The translations under genes and the position numbers were made by a program. Below are positions 38,743 to 49,263 of a DNA stretch of 64,000 nt, piece after piece (positions within the stretch are counted from its first letter, which is position 1; each line of letters opens with the position of its first letter). The stretch comes from Planctomycetales bacterium (lineage in GTDB: Bacteria; Planctomycetota; Phycisphaerae; SM23-33), in contig JAUWNJ010000009.1 of assembly GCA_030612725.1 (NCBI GenBank), forward strand, positions 33,800 through 97,799, in the 5' to 3' direction. The notes under the pieces were generated by a model. That model was not told where the DNA came from. It made no database searches and saw only the letters and a program-made list of their open reading frames with translations.

Positions 38743-39288
38743 ATGTCGTCTTATCTGCGAAACTATATCCCAGGCGGAACGTATTTCTTTACGGTGGTTT
38801 CGCATCATCGCCGACCAATCTTTACAACAACGATTGCAAGGCGTTGTCTTCGTGGGGCGATTAAATCTGTTCAATCCGACCGGCCGTTTATCAATGTTGC
38901 TATTGTACTGCTTCCAGATCATCTTCACGCCGTCTGGACATTACCCGAAGGTGATGCGAACTATTCATTACGATGGAAACAGATCAAAGAGTTTTTCACA
39001 AGGGAATACATAGCCCATGGCGGAAAGGAGGCCCAGGTATCTGCTTCACGTATGAAAAAGGGCGAACGGGGAATTTGGCAGCCTCGATTTTGGGAACATA
39101 CCTGCAAAAATGAACAAGACCTTAAACGATGTGTGGATTATCTACACTGGAATCCGGTCAAACACGGACTTATCAGCCGTGTCCAGGACTATCCCTGGTC
39201 CAGTTTTCATCAATATGTGCAATTGGAGGAATACCCACTCGATTGGGGAGGCGAAAACCCCTGCCCAAATTTCAATATGCCGGAATAA
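38743..39288 (+). mobile_element. REP-associated tyrosine transposase (RAYT, HUH/Y1)
   Basis: YFFTV, LLPDHLHAVW (HUH), IWQPRFWEH, DYLHWNPVKHG, YPWSSF; REPs on both sides. Confidence 0.93.
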
Positions 39289-39292
39289 GATT

Positions 39293-39407
39293 AAAGGTGG
39301 GACGATAGACGTAGGCTGGGACGAAGCAGAGCGAAGTCCCACCTTTCTTTGGGTTGGACAAACAGATTAAAAAAGGTGGGACTCCGTTTCACTCCGTCCC
39401 AGCCTAC
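39293..39407. repeat. REP cluster downstream of RAYT
   Basis: Truncated AAAGGTGGGAC, forward REP 39311-39346, reverse REP 39372-39407. Confidence 0.9.
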
Positions 39408-39421
39408 AACTGCCCATGCCC

Positions 39422-39628
39422 TTAAACCTCCACTACCGTGGTCAGCGCCGACTTGGTGGTTTTACGCTTGGGCCGGATGGTCTCAAGATAGAGAGAAATG
39501 GCTTCTTTGACGTTCTTCAGAGCGGATTCTATCGTCTTGCCCTGGCTCATGCAGCCGGGCAACTCCGGCACATCCGCGACGTAACCCTTATACTCGGAAT
39601 CATAAACAAAATTTACCAACAACCTCAT
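39422..39628 (-). CDS. Short HicB-family (UPF0150) antitoxin-like protein
   Basis: GYVADVPELPGCMSQGKTIESALKNVKEAISLYLE; AGGAGA RBS. Confidence 0.85.
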   Translation of the reverse strand: MRLLVNFVYDSEYKGYVADVPELPGCMSQGKTIESALKNVKEAISLYLETIRPKRKTTKSALTTVVEV

Positions 39629-39720
39629 TCCGAAGTCTCCTTGATTACACACCATCATCGCGGAAACCAGACAACGTGCCGCATCTGTATGCCAAGTCCC
39701 TATTCCCAAGTCCCTAGTCC

Positions 39721-40740
39721 CTATTTGTAAAAACTCACCATTTCTTTGCATGTGTTGGGTTTGATTTTTCCGGCGTTGCCGGCTTGGCCGAAGGCGGTCA
39801 TTCGTGCTATGCAGACCTGCTTCATGGCTTCGCGGGCAGGGGTGAGGTACTTGCGCGGGTCGAACTGCTCCGGGCTTTCGGCGAAAACTTTGCGAATCGC
39901 GCCGGTAATGGCCAATCGGCTGTCGGTATCAACGTTAATCTTGCGGACGCCGTGCTTGATCCCGCGCTGGATTTCCTCGACCGGAACGCCGTAGGTCTGC
40001 TTGATGTCCCCGCCGTACTGGTTGATGATGTCCTGGAGTTCCTGCGGAACGCTCGACGAGCCGTGCATCACAAGGTGCGTGTTCGGCAAACGCTTGTGGA
40101 TTTCCTCGATAAGGCTCATTTTCAGCACGTCGCCGGTCGGTTTCTTCTTGAACTTGTACGCCCCATGGCTGGTGCCGATGGCGACGGCCAAGGCGTCCAC
40201 GCCGGTATCGGCGACGAACTGTTCTGCCTGGGCTGGGTCGGTGAGATGTTCCTGTGCTTCTTCCTCGCTCAGGCCAGCACCGTGCCCGTCCTCGATTCCG
40301 CCGAGTGCGCCGATTTCGCCTTCGACGCTGACGCCGGCGGCATGGGCGGCTTGGGCGACTTTCTTCGTTACCTCGGCGTTGTATTCATACGAACTGGGCA
40401 CTTTGCCGTCTTCGCTCAGCGAACCGTCCATCATTACGGACGTGAAGCCCTGCTCAATGGCGCTGAAGCAGGTCTCGGCGCTGTTGCCGTGGTCGAGGTG
40501 CATGACGATGGGGATTTTCGGGTATAATTCGACGGCTGCGAGCATCAGGTGCCGCAAATAGGCGTCGTTGGTGTACTTCCTCGCGCCGCGCGACGCCTGG
40601 ATGATGACGGGGCTGTCGGTTTCCTCGGCTGCCATCATAATCGCCTGAATCTGCTCCATGTTATTGACGTTCAGAGCGGCAATTCCGTAATCGTTTTCGG
40701 CTGCGTGATCCAGCATTGTTCTCATCGGAACCAGTGGCAT
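39721..40740 (-). CDS. fba: Class II fructose-bisphosphate aldolase
   Basis: [49 protein letters not shown]. Confidence 0.96.
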   Translation of the reverse strand: MPLVPMRTMLDHAAENDYGIAALNVNNMEQIQAIMMAAEETDSPVIIQASRGARKYTNDAYLRHLMLAAVELYPKIPIVMHLDHGNSAETCFSAIEQGFTSVMMDGSLSEDGKVPSSYEYNAEVTKKVAQAAHAAGVSVEGEIGALGGIEDGHGAGLSEEEAQEHLTDPAQAEQFVADTGVDALAVAIGTSHGAYKFKKKPTGDVLKMSLIEEIHKRLPNTHLVMHGSSSVPQELQDIINQYGGDIKQTYGVPVEEIQRGIKHGVRKINVDTDSRLAITGAIRKVFAESPEQFDPRKYLTPAREAMKQVCIARMTAFGQAGNAGKIKPNTCKEMVSFYK

Positions 40741-40843
40741 TGTGGTACCTCGCTTTCCTTTTTCAGGTATATTGTTTCAAGTCCGTTTTTAACAAACCGA
40801 TTAGGCGGCATTATAGTGGGGCGCTGGAGAGACATGCAAGTTA

Positions 40844-41860
40844 TCACATCTGTCTGATAAGGTGGATATCCCGGCCTTGGCGTTCTGCGCGGATTTGCCC
40901 GGGCAGGTTCACGACTTTTACCGTCCCGTCCAGAAGTTTCAGCAGGTCGTCGAAGCGTTCCCGCCCAAGCGCCTGCTGCGGCGCATCCATCGCAACGAGA
41001 GCGACCCGCATCGCCATGGCCGCCAACAGCGACGGAACCTTTTTCAACGGTGCGGTTCGCAGGATAATTTCCTTTTCCGACCGCTTTCGGCACGCTCGCT
41101 CGAAGAGTCGTTCAGACAGTTCAGCCAAGGCGGCTTCTGCCTCACCGGCTGCCGACGCCAGACGCAGCAATGCTTCGTCGGCTCGGACGTTCATGCGATC
41201 CCGCAATAACGGGAGCAACTCGTGGCGGATGAAATTTCGCGTGAAGTCCGTCTCGGCGTTGGTGTGATCCGTCCGCCAGGAGAGTCCTTCGTCCCGGCAG
41301 AATTGCTCAATCTGTTCGCGCCTTGCCCAGAGCAGAGGGCGGACGAGGGCGACGTTTTCGTTCAGTTTTCGTTTCGGCGTTATCCCAGCCAGACCGCGAA
41401 GGTGCGTGCCGCGAACGATGCGATGCAGTACCGTCTCGACCTGGTCGCCGGCGTGATGCGCCAGGGCAACCGCGTCGGCTCGGATACGGGCGGCAATGGA
41501 TGAAAAGGCTTCGTATCGCCCCGTTCTGGCGGCCTCTTCAATACCCATCCGCTCCCGCCTGGCCAGTGCTGGCGTATCAATGCGTTCGAGGTGAAACGGT
41601 ACTTTCCACCGTTGGGCCAATTCAGCGACGAAATCCGCATCGCCGTCGGCATCGGAGCGAAGACCGTGATGGATGTGCGCGATGTGCAGGTCATATCGCC
41701 CGATGAGTCGAAGGGCTGCCGCCAGGGCAACGCTGTCTGCTCCGCCGCTGACACCGACCAACACAACCTGCCCCGTATCGAGCAGGCTGTGTCGGGCGAT
41801 GAACGCCTCGGTCTCAATTTTCAACCTGTCCCTTTGGGATTTCTGATTTCCAATTTCCAA
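40844..41860 (-). CDS. tilS: tRNA(Ile)-lysidine synthetase (start uncertain)
   Basis: PP-loop SGGADS, HHGLR, EEAAR, AHHAGDQVET, RPLL, RNFIR. Confidence 0.93.
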   Translation of the reverse strand: MEIGNQKSQRDRLKIETEAFIARHSLLDTGQVVLVGVSGGADSVALAAALRLIGRYDLHIAHIHHGLRSDADGDADFVAELAQRWKVPFHLERIDTPALARRERMGIEEAARTGRYEAFSSIAARIRADAVALAHHAGDQVETVLHRIVRGTHLRGLAGITPKRKLNENVALVRPLLWARREQIEQFCRDEGLSWRTDHTNAETDFTRNFIRHELLPLLRDRMNVRADEALLRLASAAGEAEAALAELSERLFERACRKRSEKEIILRTAPLKKVPSLLAAMAMRVALVAMDAPQQALGRERFDDLLKLLDGTVKVVNLPGQIRAERQGRDIHLIRQM

Positions 41861-41930
41861 TTTTTCTCTTCCCGATTACCGACCGCTGATTATACTGTTT
41901 TTTACCTTTCATAGAGGAAAGTTTGCGTCC

Positions 41931-43685
41931 ATGAGGCCTGTTCCTGTAAAAAAGCATCACTGGGCCGTTCTGGTAATCCTGGCGGTCGTTGCGATCAATA
42001 CGCTGGTTACGCTTCGCCAGGAGCACATTACCGGAAGCCAGGCTGACCTTCTGGCAGAAGTTTATAAGCATCAGGACCCGTCGTTGTACAGTAGCGACGG
42101 CGTATTCGCCGGATCGGGTAATGATGCCGCCTGGCGGCTCAATTTACCGGCGTGGCAATCCATAGTAGCGTGGGCGATTGAATTCGCCGGCCCGGACGAA
42201 CCGATTAACGCACTCAGGCTGATGGGGGCGGGGATGCTTTGTCTGTACCTGTTGGGCATGTACGTTCTGCTTTACCGCCAGACGCACAGCACGTCGGTAG
42301 CCACACTCGTAGCGGTGGCGTCCATGGCGATTTTCTCGACGTCTCGCCCATACTGGGGGCTTGGACCGATATTTACGGTTACACCGGCGTCGCTGTACCT
42401 GTCCGTTGTGCCGCTGTTGGCGTTGGGGTTCGTTCGGACGCATAAAAAACCGCTGATACTGGTAGTGTTCTTTGCGGTCGGACTGTGCGGAAACATCCAT
42501 CTGGTTTCAGCGGTCAACCTCGCTGCCGTAATGTTTATAGCGATGTTGGGGCTGGGACGTCTCAAGCCCGGAGCGTGGTTGAGGGCGGGAGCGTCGTTGG
42601 CGGCTGCGGTGATTGGAGCATCGCCGGCGCTTTACCATTATTACGTTACCTTCAGCCAGACCGGAACATTCGCCTTTCCGATGATGACCTGGCAAGGCCT
42701 CAGAACAGTGCTCGACCACAGCGGAATGAACGTGCTGTATCCGGAGGTACTGATAGAGGCTTTGCGATGGCTTCCGGTGGCCTGTGCGCTTGTTGCGCCG
42801 GTGATAATAATTCTGTGCCTGGCTGGGCGGTATCGGGCGAGCAACCTGGGCGAATGGCTTGGGATGCTGATAGCGGCAGTGTTCGTGGCATTCGGCCTGC
42901 ACGGACTCATCCAGGCAACTGTTTGGTGGTTCAGCCCTGCTTCGGGCGGACCGGTATTAATCGGACTCTTCGAGGCGCTTCGCATCGCCATGCTTCCGCT
43001 GTATGTCCTCCTGGCCCAGGCGACGGTGCATCTGCTGCGAATGACGCACAGGCATCGGGCGTGGGTGCGTGTAACGGCGGGGCTGTTGACGGCAGTGTAC
43101 CTCGGTTCGAGTTACAACACCCTCCCGATCCGGCACATGGTTACCGACATGGTCGCCCGGACATCAAAACGTCAAACTTTCAGCCGGCAGCGCCTGCGCA
43201 GCGAGTCTGAAAGCGAACTCCGCCGGATCGCATCGTGGGCGTCTATGAGCACAGCCAGGGACGCACTGTTTATCACCAACAAGGCGGAAATGCGACTTTA
43301 CTCGCAGCGTTCGCTTCTGGCATGCCGGGCCGACCTGCAATACATGCTGCACCTCCAGCCTGAACGCGCGTGCGAATGGGATGAAACAATCATTGCCCAA
43401 CGGAAACTCCTGAAACCAAGCCGGGCTACCCAAACCGACGCGAATAAAATCGTCGAATTCGCGGATGAACACCGGAAGCGACGGCGACTGGCGGACGTAC
43501 CGACATATTTCCTGATTCGAGCAAAGTCGGCTCCGTTACCGAATGAGAGGCTTGAGCAGATCGACCCGCCCGATAAAAAATGGGGCAAGTACTGGCGACT
43601 GTTCCGCGTCGTACCGGCGAAACCCGCGACTGCGCCGGCGACTATCCCGGCGGAAACCACAACAACCACAACAAGGAATAGTTGA
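41931..43685 (+). CDS. Polytopic membrane protein, possibly GT-C/DUF6798-like
   Basis: ~10 TM helices, periplasmic loop DPSLYSSD, soluble C-terminal domain WA...RLYSQRS; family assignment is inference. Confidence 0.55.
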   Translation: MRPVPVKKHHWAVLVILAVVAINTLVTLRQEHITGSQADLLAEVYKHQDPSLYSSDGVFAGSGNDAAWRLNLPAWQSIVAWAIEFAGPDEPINALRLMGAGMLCLYLLGMYVLLYRQTHSTSVATLVAVASMAIFSTSRPYWGLGPIFTVTPASLYLSVVPLLALGFVRTHKKPLILVVFFAVGLCGNIHLVSAVNLAAVMFIAMLGLGRLKPGAWLRAGASLAAAVIGASPALYHYYVTFSQTGTFAFPMMTWQGLRTVLDHSGMNVLYPEVLIEALRWLPVACALVAPVIIILCLAGRYRASNLGEWLGMLIAAVFVAFGLHGLIQATVWWFSPASGGPVLIGLFEALRIAMLPLYVLLAQATVHLLRMTHRHRAWVRVTAGLLTAVYLGSSYNTLPIRHMVTDMVARTSKRQTFSRQRLRSESESELRRIASWASMSTARDALFITNKAEMRLYSQRSLLACRADLQYMLHLQPERACEWDETIIAQRKLLKPSRATQTDANKIVEFADEHRKRRRLADVPTYFLIRAKSAPLPNERLEQIDPPDKKWGKYWRLFRVVPAKPATAPATIPAETTTTTTRNS

Positions 43686-43803
43686 TTGTTTTATCAGAAG
43701 AAGAGTAAAATACCGTCGCCGTGGAATCGCCGTTCAGTTCGACATTGCTCACTGTAGGACGGCGACTGCTAAACGGGTTATTGACCAAATGAAAGGAAAG
43801 ATT

Positions 43804-44349
43804 ATGAAGCGACGAGCAATGCTGATGGTTTCACTGGTTGGATTGGTGGCGATGATTGGCGGGTGCGGAACGGCCATAGGCGAAGGCGCTGCCTTGGCTA
43901 TGGGTGCAAAAGGTTCGCCGACACCTATTAAGGCGGTATCAACAAACCTGGGAATCTACCAGCGGTTTGAGTTGGGTACAATCACCGATGATATGGCTGG
44001 GAAGGTCCCTCGCCAATTGTTCACCTTACTTCCGGGTGCATTCGCAGAGGAATTGAAAGAAGAAAAAATCCCCAACGCCCGTTCCGGGAAAACGCTGCTT
44101 ATTCAAGGTAAAGTCCTCCATTACGAAAGCGCTCCGCCATCGGCAAAGGCGCTGGCCGGTGTTGAATTTATCGTCGCGCGGATTGAACTGGTTGACAAGG
44201 ACAGCGGACAGGTTCTGGGCGTAGCAAACTGCGCCGGCTGGACCGACAAACGGATAACACTTGGCGTACCGGAAAAGGCCCAAGGCCTCGCAAGGGCCAT
44301 CGTCAAGTGGATCGACAAGCATTACCCGGAAAATCAACGCACTAAGTAG
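43804..44349 (+). CDS. Lipoprotein (DUF4410-like)
   Basis: Lipobox IGGC after hydrophobic signal; GAAAGGAAAG RBS. Confidence 0.7.
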   Translation: MKRRAMLMVSLVGLVAMIGGCGTAIGEGAALAMGAKGSPTPIKAVSTNLGIYQRFELGTITDDMAGKVPRQLFTLLPGAFAEELKEEKIPNARSGKTLLIQGKVLHYESAPPSAKALAGVEFIVARIELVDKDSGQVLGVANCAGWTDKRITLGVPEKAQGLARAIVKWIDKHYPENQRTK

Positions 44350-44379
44350 GACTAAAGCCTAATCGCCCTTCGGGTCGAT

Positions 44380-44580
44380 ATGGCTTATATGTGTCCGTTT
44401 CTTGAACAGTCCGACCCGCAATGCGCAGGATGTCTCTCGCTGCACCGGCTTGACGATGCGCTGAGGTTCTGCAGCGACAATTACGAGGATTGCCCCGTCT
44501 ATCGAAAGAAGTGTCTCGACGATGCCCGCAACAGCCGAAACTACCGCCAGGAACGCGAGTTCCTCCGCGCTGCCGGCTGA
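44380..44580 (+). CDS. Small Cys-rich protein, putative metal-binding
   Basis: CPF-x6-C...FC-x6-CPVY; fills the gap before xerD and overlaps its annotated start. Confidence 0.55.
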   Translation: MAYMCPFLEQSDPQCAGCLSLHRLDDALRFCSDNYEDCPVYRKKCLDDARNSRNYRQEREFLRAAG

Positions 44581-45457
44581 GGTGCTCTCGGCAATTGAAG
44601 CGTTCGAGGACTACCTTCGCGGCGAGTGCGGCCTGGCCGACAACACCTGCCGGGCCTATCGACGCGACCTTATCCAGTTCGCCACGTTCCTGACCGATAC
44701 CGGTTGCTGGTCGCTGCGGAAAATCAGGCCGGAAAAAATTGAGGATTTTCTGCAATCCCAAAACGCATCCGGTAAAAATCCCTCTTCCACCACTCGCGCA
44801 CTTGCGGCAGTGCGAACCTTCTGCCGATTCTGCGTCCTTACCCGCCTCATGGAGGCCGACCCGTCCGTCGCAATCGATCCGCCACGCAAATGGTCCCGCC
44901 TTCCGACGACGCTGCATCACGAAACCGTCCAAATTCTCATGGAAACTCCCGTACCGGATGAAGATACGCACTGGCTCCGCGACCGTGCAGTCCTGGCGCT
45001 ACTGTACGCTACCGGAATGAGGGCGTCCGAACTTGCAGGCCTGAAACTCGGCGACATCAATTTTGACCTTGGTATCGTGCGAGTCTTCGGTAAGGGGCAA
45101 AAGGAGCGAATCGTCCCGGCTGCGACGCCGGCTTTGGAGGCGGTCATGCGTTACGTTGACGAGGCCAGGCCTGAGAGCGACGACGTGCTGCTGCTATCGC
45201 GCACCGGCAAAGCCCTCCGTCGCGAGGACATCTTCCGCATCGTCCGCAAATACGTCCGCCGGGCGGCGATTTCAAAACGCATCAGCCCGCACACGCTGAG
45301 GCACTGCTTTGCGACGCAACTGCTGGCCGGCGGAGCCAACCTGCGAAGCGTTCAGGAAATGCTCGGACACTCCGACATCGCCACCACGCAAATCTACACC
45401 CACGTGGACACCTCGCGCCTCAAGGCAATCCACAAAAAGTTTCACCCCCGTGGATGA
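44522..45457 (+). CDS. xerD: Tyrosine recombinase XerD
   Basis: NTCRAYRRDL, RDRAVLALLYATGMRASEL, GKGQKER, SPHTLRHCFAT, LGHSDIATTQIYTHV. Confidence 0.88.
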   Translation: MPATAETTARNASSSALPAEVLSAIEAFEDYLRGECGLADNTCRAYRRDLIQFATFLTDTGCWSLRKIRPEKIEDFLQSQNASGKNPSSTTRALAAVRTFCRFCVLTRLMEADPSVAIDPPRKWSRLPTTLHHETVQILMETPVPDEDTHWLRDRAVLALLYATGMRASELAGLKLGDINFDLGIVRVFGKGQKERIVPAATPALEAVMRYVDEARPESDDVLLLSRTGKALRREDIFRIVRKYVRRAAISKRISPHTLRHCFATQLLAGGANLRSVQEMLGHSDIATTQIYTHVDTSRLKAIHKKFHPRG

Positions 45458-45526
45458 AATCATTTACAGGTCGGCGGAACTTCAAGCCCCGCCAACCATT
45501 GCCATGATTAAACGTAAGCTGCTTTC

Positions 45527-47515
45527 CTATCTAATCCTTCTTAACTTCTTGCTTATCTTCTTCAAGACCTTCGGCGTGGTTTCACCTTTGGTCTCTTTCG
45601 CCTTCTCGCCCAGAATGGCCTGACGATAAACGCCCATCGGCGTGAAGACGCCCTTGGGCGTGTTTTCGGTCCGGTCATAAAGGTATATCAGCAGGTAGTC
45701 AAGCGTGCCGGCAACCGGGCTTTTGAAGGTGAATTTCTCACCGGCCTTCTTTATCTCCACGGTGCTGTAGTGGTACTTACCCTTAATTGGCGTCTTGTAT
45801 GACTCGGGTATATCCCTGGTCGCCACTCTTTCTCGCGGCTTGTAGTCCTTCTCGGTTACCACGAATCCGACGACACGCCACTTTCCGGGATACTTCGCGA
45901 CGAATTTGCTGGTATAGGTCTCGCCGGCCGCGATGGGCTTGACGATGTCCTCGCGCTCCCATACGCCTTTATAATTAAGCGCCGCGATGATGGCTTTGCC
46001 TTTTATTTGAACGTACTGCGCCCCGCAACTTGGCGAGTCGTGCGGCAGCCAGTCTTCCCAGAAACGATCGATGTGGAAGCCGAGGTAGGTCAGTTTGCTT
46101 TTCTCGAAGCCGGGCATGGACGTAAGGAACGTCATGGTGCCGACGACGCCTCTCAGGCCTCTTTTGAAATTGATTATCCCGATGGTGTCCGCCGGTGCGT
46201 GGATGTTGCTTGCCTTGCCGGGCCAGGTCGTTCTCTTTCCGTCCAGGATGAATTCGTCGTGATTTTTCCGGACGAACGCGCAGATTCGGCTCTTTCCGTG
46301 CATTCCCTGCTGGTTGACATTCTCGATCGCTTTGACCTCAAGCCAGCATTTACCGCCCTGAACGCGATAGGTCGTCGTTACCGGCTTGCGGGATTTGCGT
46401 CCCTCGCCGGAGTGTTCGATGACGATTTCCTTTGAAGTGTACTTCAGTATCTTCGGGTCCGTCAGCGTACCGTGACCGAAGTCCCGCAGACCTCTTTCAT
46501 TCTGGAAGACCTTGTATATTTCGTTGCTATCGACGATGCCGAGACGTTTGGGATCCAGCACGTCCTTCGGCATGAAATTAATTGAGTCGCCCTTATTCGA
46601 GAAGCAGAACAGGAAGAAGTATTCATTTTCGAGCATCAGGTCGCCGCGGGGCTTGTAGTCGGTTTTCCCGTAGGGAACGGGCGACCACTTGGGCCTGTCC
46701 TTCAGCGCCCTGCCGGAGGGCATTTTCCGCATGTACTTCTTGTTGGTGTCCCAGATTCGGACGGTTCCGGGCTTGACCGGCTCGTATCCGACGGATGTTC
46801 CGGGTGGTATCTTGATTTCCGGAACCGGTACGAAGACGGGAACTGCCGGCGTCGGCTGCTTGGCGGCGGGGACCTCGGCCTTGGCGGCGGCTTCGCTCGT
46901 ACCCAGATATACGTCATCGATGAAGAATATCGCGTTCATTTTCGCGCCGCGGTCCTGCTTGGCGTAAACGTGGAACATTAACACAACCCGCCCTGTTTCG
47001 GCCTTGGTGGTGAACGAACCGACGTGATGCGTCCACTTCTCCGTCGGAACCACACCGACTGACGTGAACTTCCGGTCGCGCCCGGTGCCGTCGGCCTTGA
47101 ATCCCCACGGTATGACGTTAATCTTGCGGGTAAAACCGCCCCCCTTGATGTAAAAGGAATAGTAATACTTCGTATTGGGCTTGACGACAATAGCATCGGG
47201 GCTGTTGTAGCCTCGGGTTTTTCCAACGGTTATGGCCGTATTGACGCGGTCGTCGCCCTTGAATTTTATAATCTTCAGGTAGGCGCTGCATTTACCGCTG
47301 TGGTATATCTTATCGGAAACGCCCACCTCGGCAGGGGTATTATCGTAACATCCCCACCCCTTCGGCAACTTACCGGTCCATCCGCCGGACAGTTTCTCCT
47401 GACCGGCCTGCTCCAGCCCCGTATTCGGGGCGATGTTGGTCGTCTCACGCTCGTCGGCGGCAAAACCCACCACCGCAAACGCCAAAATCACACTTGCTGC
47501 TCGCACCATAATCAT
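45527..47515 (-). CDS. Secreted protein with N-terminal CBM4/9-like domain
   Basis: Signal peptide; NIAPNTGLE...HSGKCSA...VKPNTKYYYSFYIKG...FFIDDV jelly-roll pattern; C-terminal part unassigned. Confidence 0.65.
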   Translation of the reverse strand: MIMVRAASVILAFAVVGFAADERETTNIAPNTGLEQAGQEKLSGGWTGKLPKGWGCYDNTPAEVGVSDKIYHSGKCSAYLKIIKFKGDDRVNTAITVGKTRGYNSPDAIVVKPNTKYYYSFYIKGGGFTRKINVIPWGFKADGTGRDRKFTSVGVVPTEKWTHHVGSFTTKAETGRVVLMFHVYAKQDRGAKMNAIFFIDDVYLGTSEAAAKAEVPAAKQPTPAVPVFVPVPEIKIPPGTSVGYEPVKPGTVRIWDTNKKYMRKMPSGRALKDRPKWSPVPYGKTDYKPRGDLMLENEYFFLFCFSNKGDSINFMPKDVLDPKRLGIVDSNEIYKVFQNERGLRDFGHGTLTDPKILKYTSKEIVIEHSGEGRKSRKPVTTTYRVQGGKCWLEVKAIENVNQQGMHGKSRICAFVRKNHDEFILDGKRTTWPGKASNIHAPADTIGIINFKRGLRGVVGTMTFLTSMPGFEKSKLTYLGFHIDRFWEDWLPHDSPSCGAQYVQIKGKAIIAALNYKGVWEREDIVKPIAAGETYTSKFVAKYPGKWRVVGFVVTEKDYKPRERVATRDIPESYKTPIKGKYHYSTVEIKKAGEKFTFKSPVAGTLDYLLIYLYDRTENTPKGVFTPMGVYRQAILGEKAKETKGETTPKVLKKISKKLRRIR

Positions 47516-47608
47516 CTTTTATCCCCTTATTTAGTGTCTTTACGCTTCGACTTATTCGCATCTAACCCGCATGGATATCAAACAGGCCGCTCAAAAACAG
47601 ATTTTCTC

Positions 47609-48007
47609 TCACTCCGGCGGCGGGGCTATGATCAGCCGCTCGGCGACTTTTGCGAGAAATTCTTTTTCCATTTGCGTAAATCTTATCCGCGTTGGTTTGG
47701 TCTGGCGTATGCTGACATGAACCCTCGTACTGGGACGTCGGGCGAAAATGTTAAGGTCGTTTGTAACCTTCAGGTCGTATTTAACTTCTGTTCCGAACAG
47801 GTCGGACCTCGTACAACAAATATAGTACGGACGTGCCTCGTCGTTGATAATGTTGGGCCTCCAGACAATGGCCTCGCCCACAGCGGCGTTCCAGACGATG
47901 TCGTAATCAAACGGAAATGCTGCCGACGTACCACATCCCGTAACCGCCAGTCCAACAATCGCCGGCAACAACGCTGTCAATAACATCCTGGTATGACGCA
48001 TAATCAA
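47609..48007 (-). CDS. Hypothetical lipoprotein
   Basis: Lipobox VTGC; overlaps upstream gene stop. Confidence 0.65.
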   Translation of the reverse strand: MIMRHTRMLLTALLPAIVGLAVTGCGTSAAFPFDYDIVWNAAVGEAIVWRPNIINDEARPYYICCTRSDLFGTEVKYDLKVTNDLNIFARRPSTRVHVSIRQTKPTRIRFTQMEKEFLAKVAERLIIAPPPE

Positions 48008-48411
48008 CCTCCCGATGCCTGGGCCACCTGAACATATGCCATCCGCACCTCGTAAAGGGCTGAATCCAGCAACTTCTTCTCCTGCTCCGTAAGGTTTCCG
48101 CCGGTCTTTTCTTCCAGGACCGAAAGCATGTCGATGTTGTGCTTGGCCAGTTTCAGGTCCAGGTAGCGCTTTTTGGTTTGCGGGTCTTCGACTGCGCCGA
48201 GGGCGAAAAGAATCTGCGTAACAAGACTCGTAACCAACACGGAAAAACTCGCCGGCGGGATTTCTCCAGGCCCTTTTCCCGTCTCGTCGCCGGCCGGGGG
48301 GGACTCTTCCGCGTCGGAAAGTTTCTGCTTCTCAGTTTCGGCCTGGTTCTTCCAGTCCTCGTCAACGATGATTTTAGGCTTGTCGCCCTCTTGAGACTTT
48401 TTCTCGCTCAT
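48004..48411 (-). CDS. DUF1844-family protein
   Basis: KIIVDEDWK, PASF..LV, AKHNIDMLSVLEEKTGGNL. Confidence 0.85.
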   Translation of the reverse strand: MSEKKSQEGDKPKIIVDEDWKNQAETEKQKLSDAEESPPAGDETGKGPGEIPPASFSVLVTSLVTQILFALGAVEDPQTKKRYLDLKLAKHNIDMLSVLEEKTGGNLTEQEKKLLDSALYEVRMAYVQVAQASGG

Positions 48412-48488
48412 GTTCGTTCCTCTGTTAGTTTAATAAACACTATAGATACCCATTTACGGATAAAAATGCAATCATCGCTCGAGCCAGC

Positions 48489-49214
48489 CTACCGTTTCAT
48501 CCGCGCCACGAACGCTTCATAATCGTCCATCGTGTCTATACCGGGCGTAGCCGAGGCGACCACAGCCACAACAATGCGACGCCCATTTTCCAGTGCTCGC
48601 AACTGCTCAAGTTTCTCCGCCCGTTCCGCCGGCGTCGGCGGCATGGATGCAAACTCCAGCAGGAATTTCTTGCGATATGCGTAAATACCAAGGTGCAGCA
48701 AATATTCAGCCCCCCCACCGTCGCGGTCGTGAGGGATTTTCGCGCGGGAAAAATACATCGCGGAACCGTCGCCAGCCAAGACAACTTTGACATTATCAGG
48801 TTTTTCGGCGGCATCGACATTCAGCGACGCTGCCAACGTCGCCATCGGTGCGCCGGAATCCGTCAGTAGCGATACCAGCCGGTCGATATCGTCCGGTTTT
48901 ATCTCCGGTTCATCGCCCTGGACGTTGACGATGATGTCATTGTCGGCAAGGTTGAGTTTTTCGGCTGCTTCAGCCAGGCGGTCGGTACCGCTGGCGTGGT
49001 CGGAGCGAGTCATAATCGCCTCGCCTCCGAATCTGCGAACCGCTTCAGCGATCCGCTCATCGTCGGTGGCGACACAAACGGCTTCGATACTCCCAACCAG
49101 CCGGACGGCTTCGACGACATGCTGAATCAACGGCTTGCCCGTCTTATCCAGCAGCGGCTTACCCGGCAGGCGTGTCGAGCCATACCTCGCAGGGATAATC
49201 GCTACAACCTTCAT
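48489..49214 (-). CDS. kdsB: 3-deoxy-manno-octulosonate cytidylyltransferase
   Basis: IPARYGSTRLPGKPL, SGTDR, NVQGDEP, YFSR, LEQLRALE. Confidence 0.96.
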   Translation of the reverse strand: MKVVAIIPARYGSTRLPGKPLLDKTGKPLIQHVVEAVRLVGSIEAVCVATDDERIAEAVRRFGGEAIMTRSDHASGTDRLAEAAEKLNLADNDIIVNVQGDEPEIKPDDIDRLVSLLTDSGAPMATLAASLNVDAAEKPDNVKVVLAGDGSAMYFSRAKIPHDRDGGGAEYLLHLGIYAYRKKFLLEFASMPPTPAERAEKLEQLRALENGRRIVVAVVASATPGIDTMDDYEAFVARMKR

Positions 49215-49263
49215 TAACGATTGAGTGTATTCCCACCACCGGCAATTGCAACCTCAAATGCCC

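Noticed and set aside
44353-44381. sigma28-like CTAAAG...GTCGATAT upstream of the Cys-rich ORF
   Set aside because: Spacer is 2 bp longer than consensus and the -10 box is mismatched; too weak to call
44522-45457. Prophage or island integrase
   Set aside because: Motifs and length fit housekeeping XerD; no phage genes or att-flanked tRNA nearby
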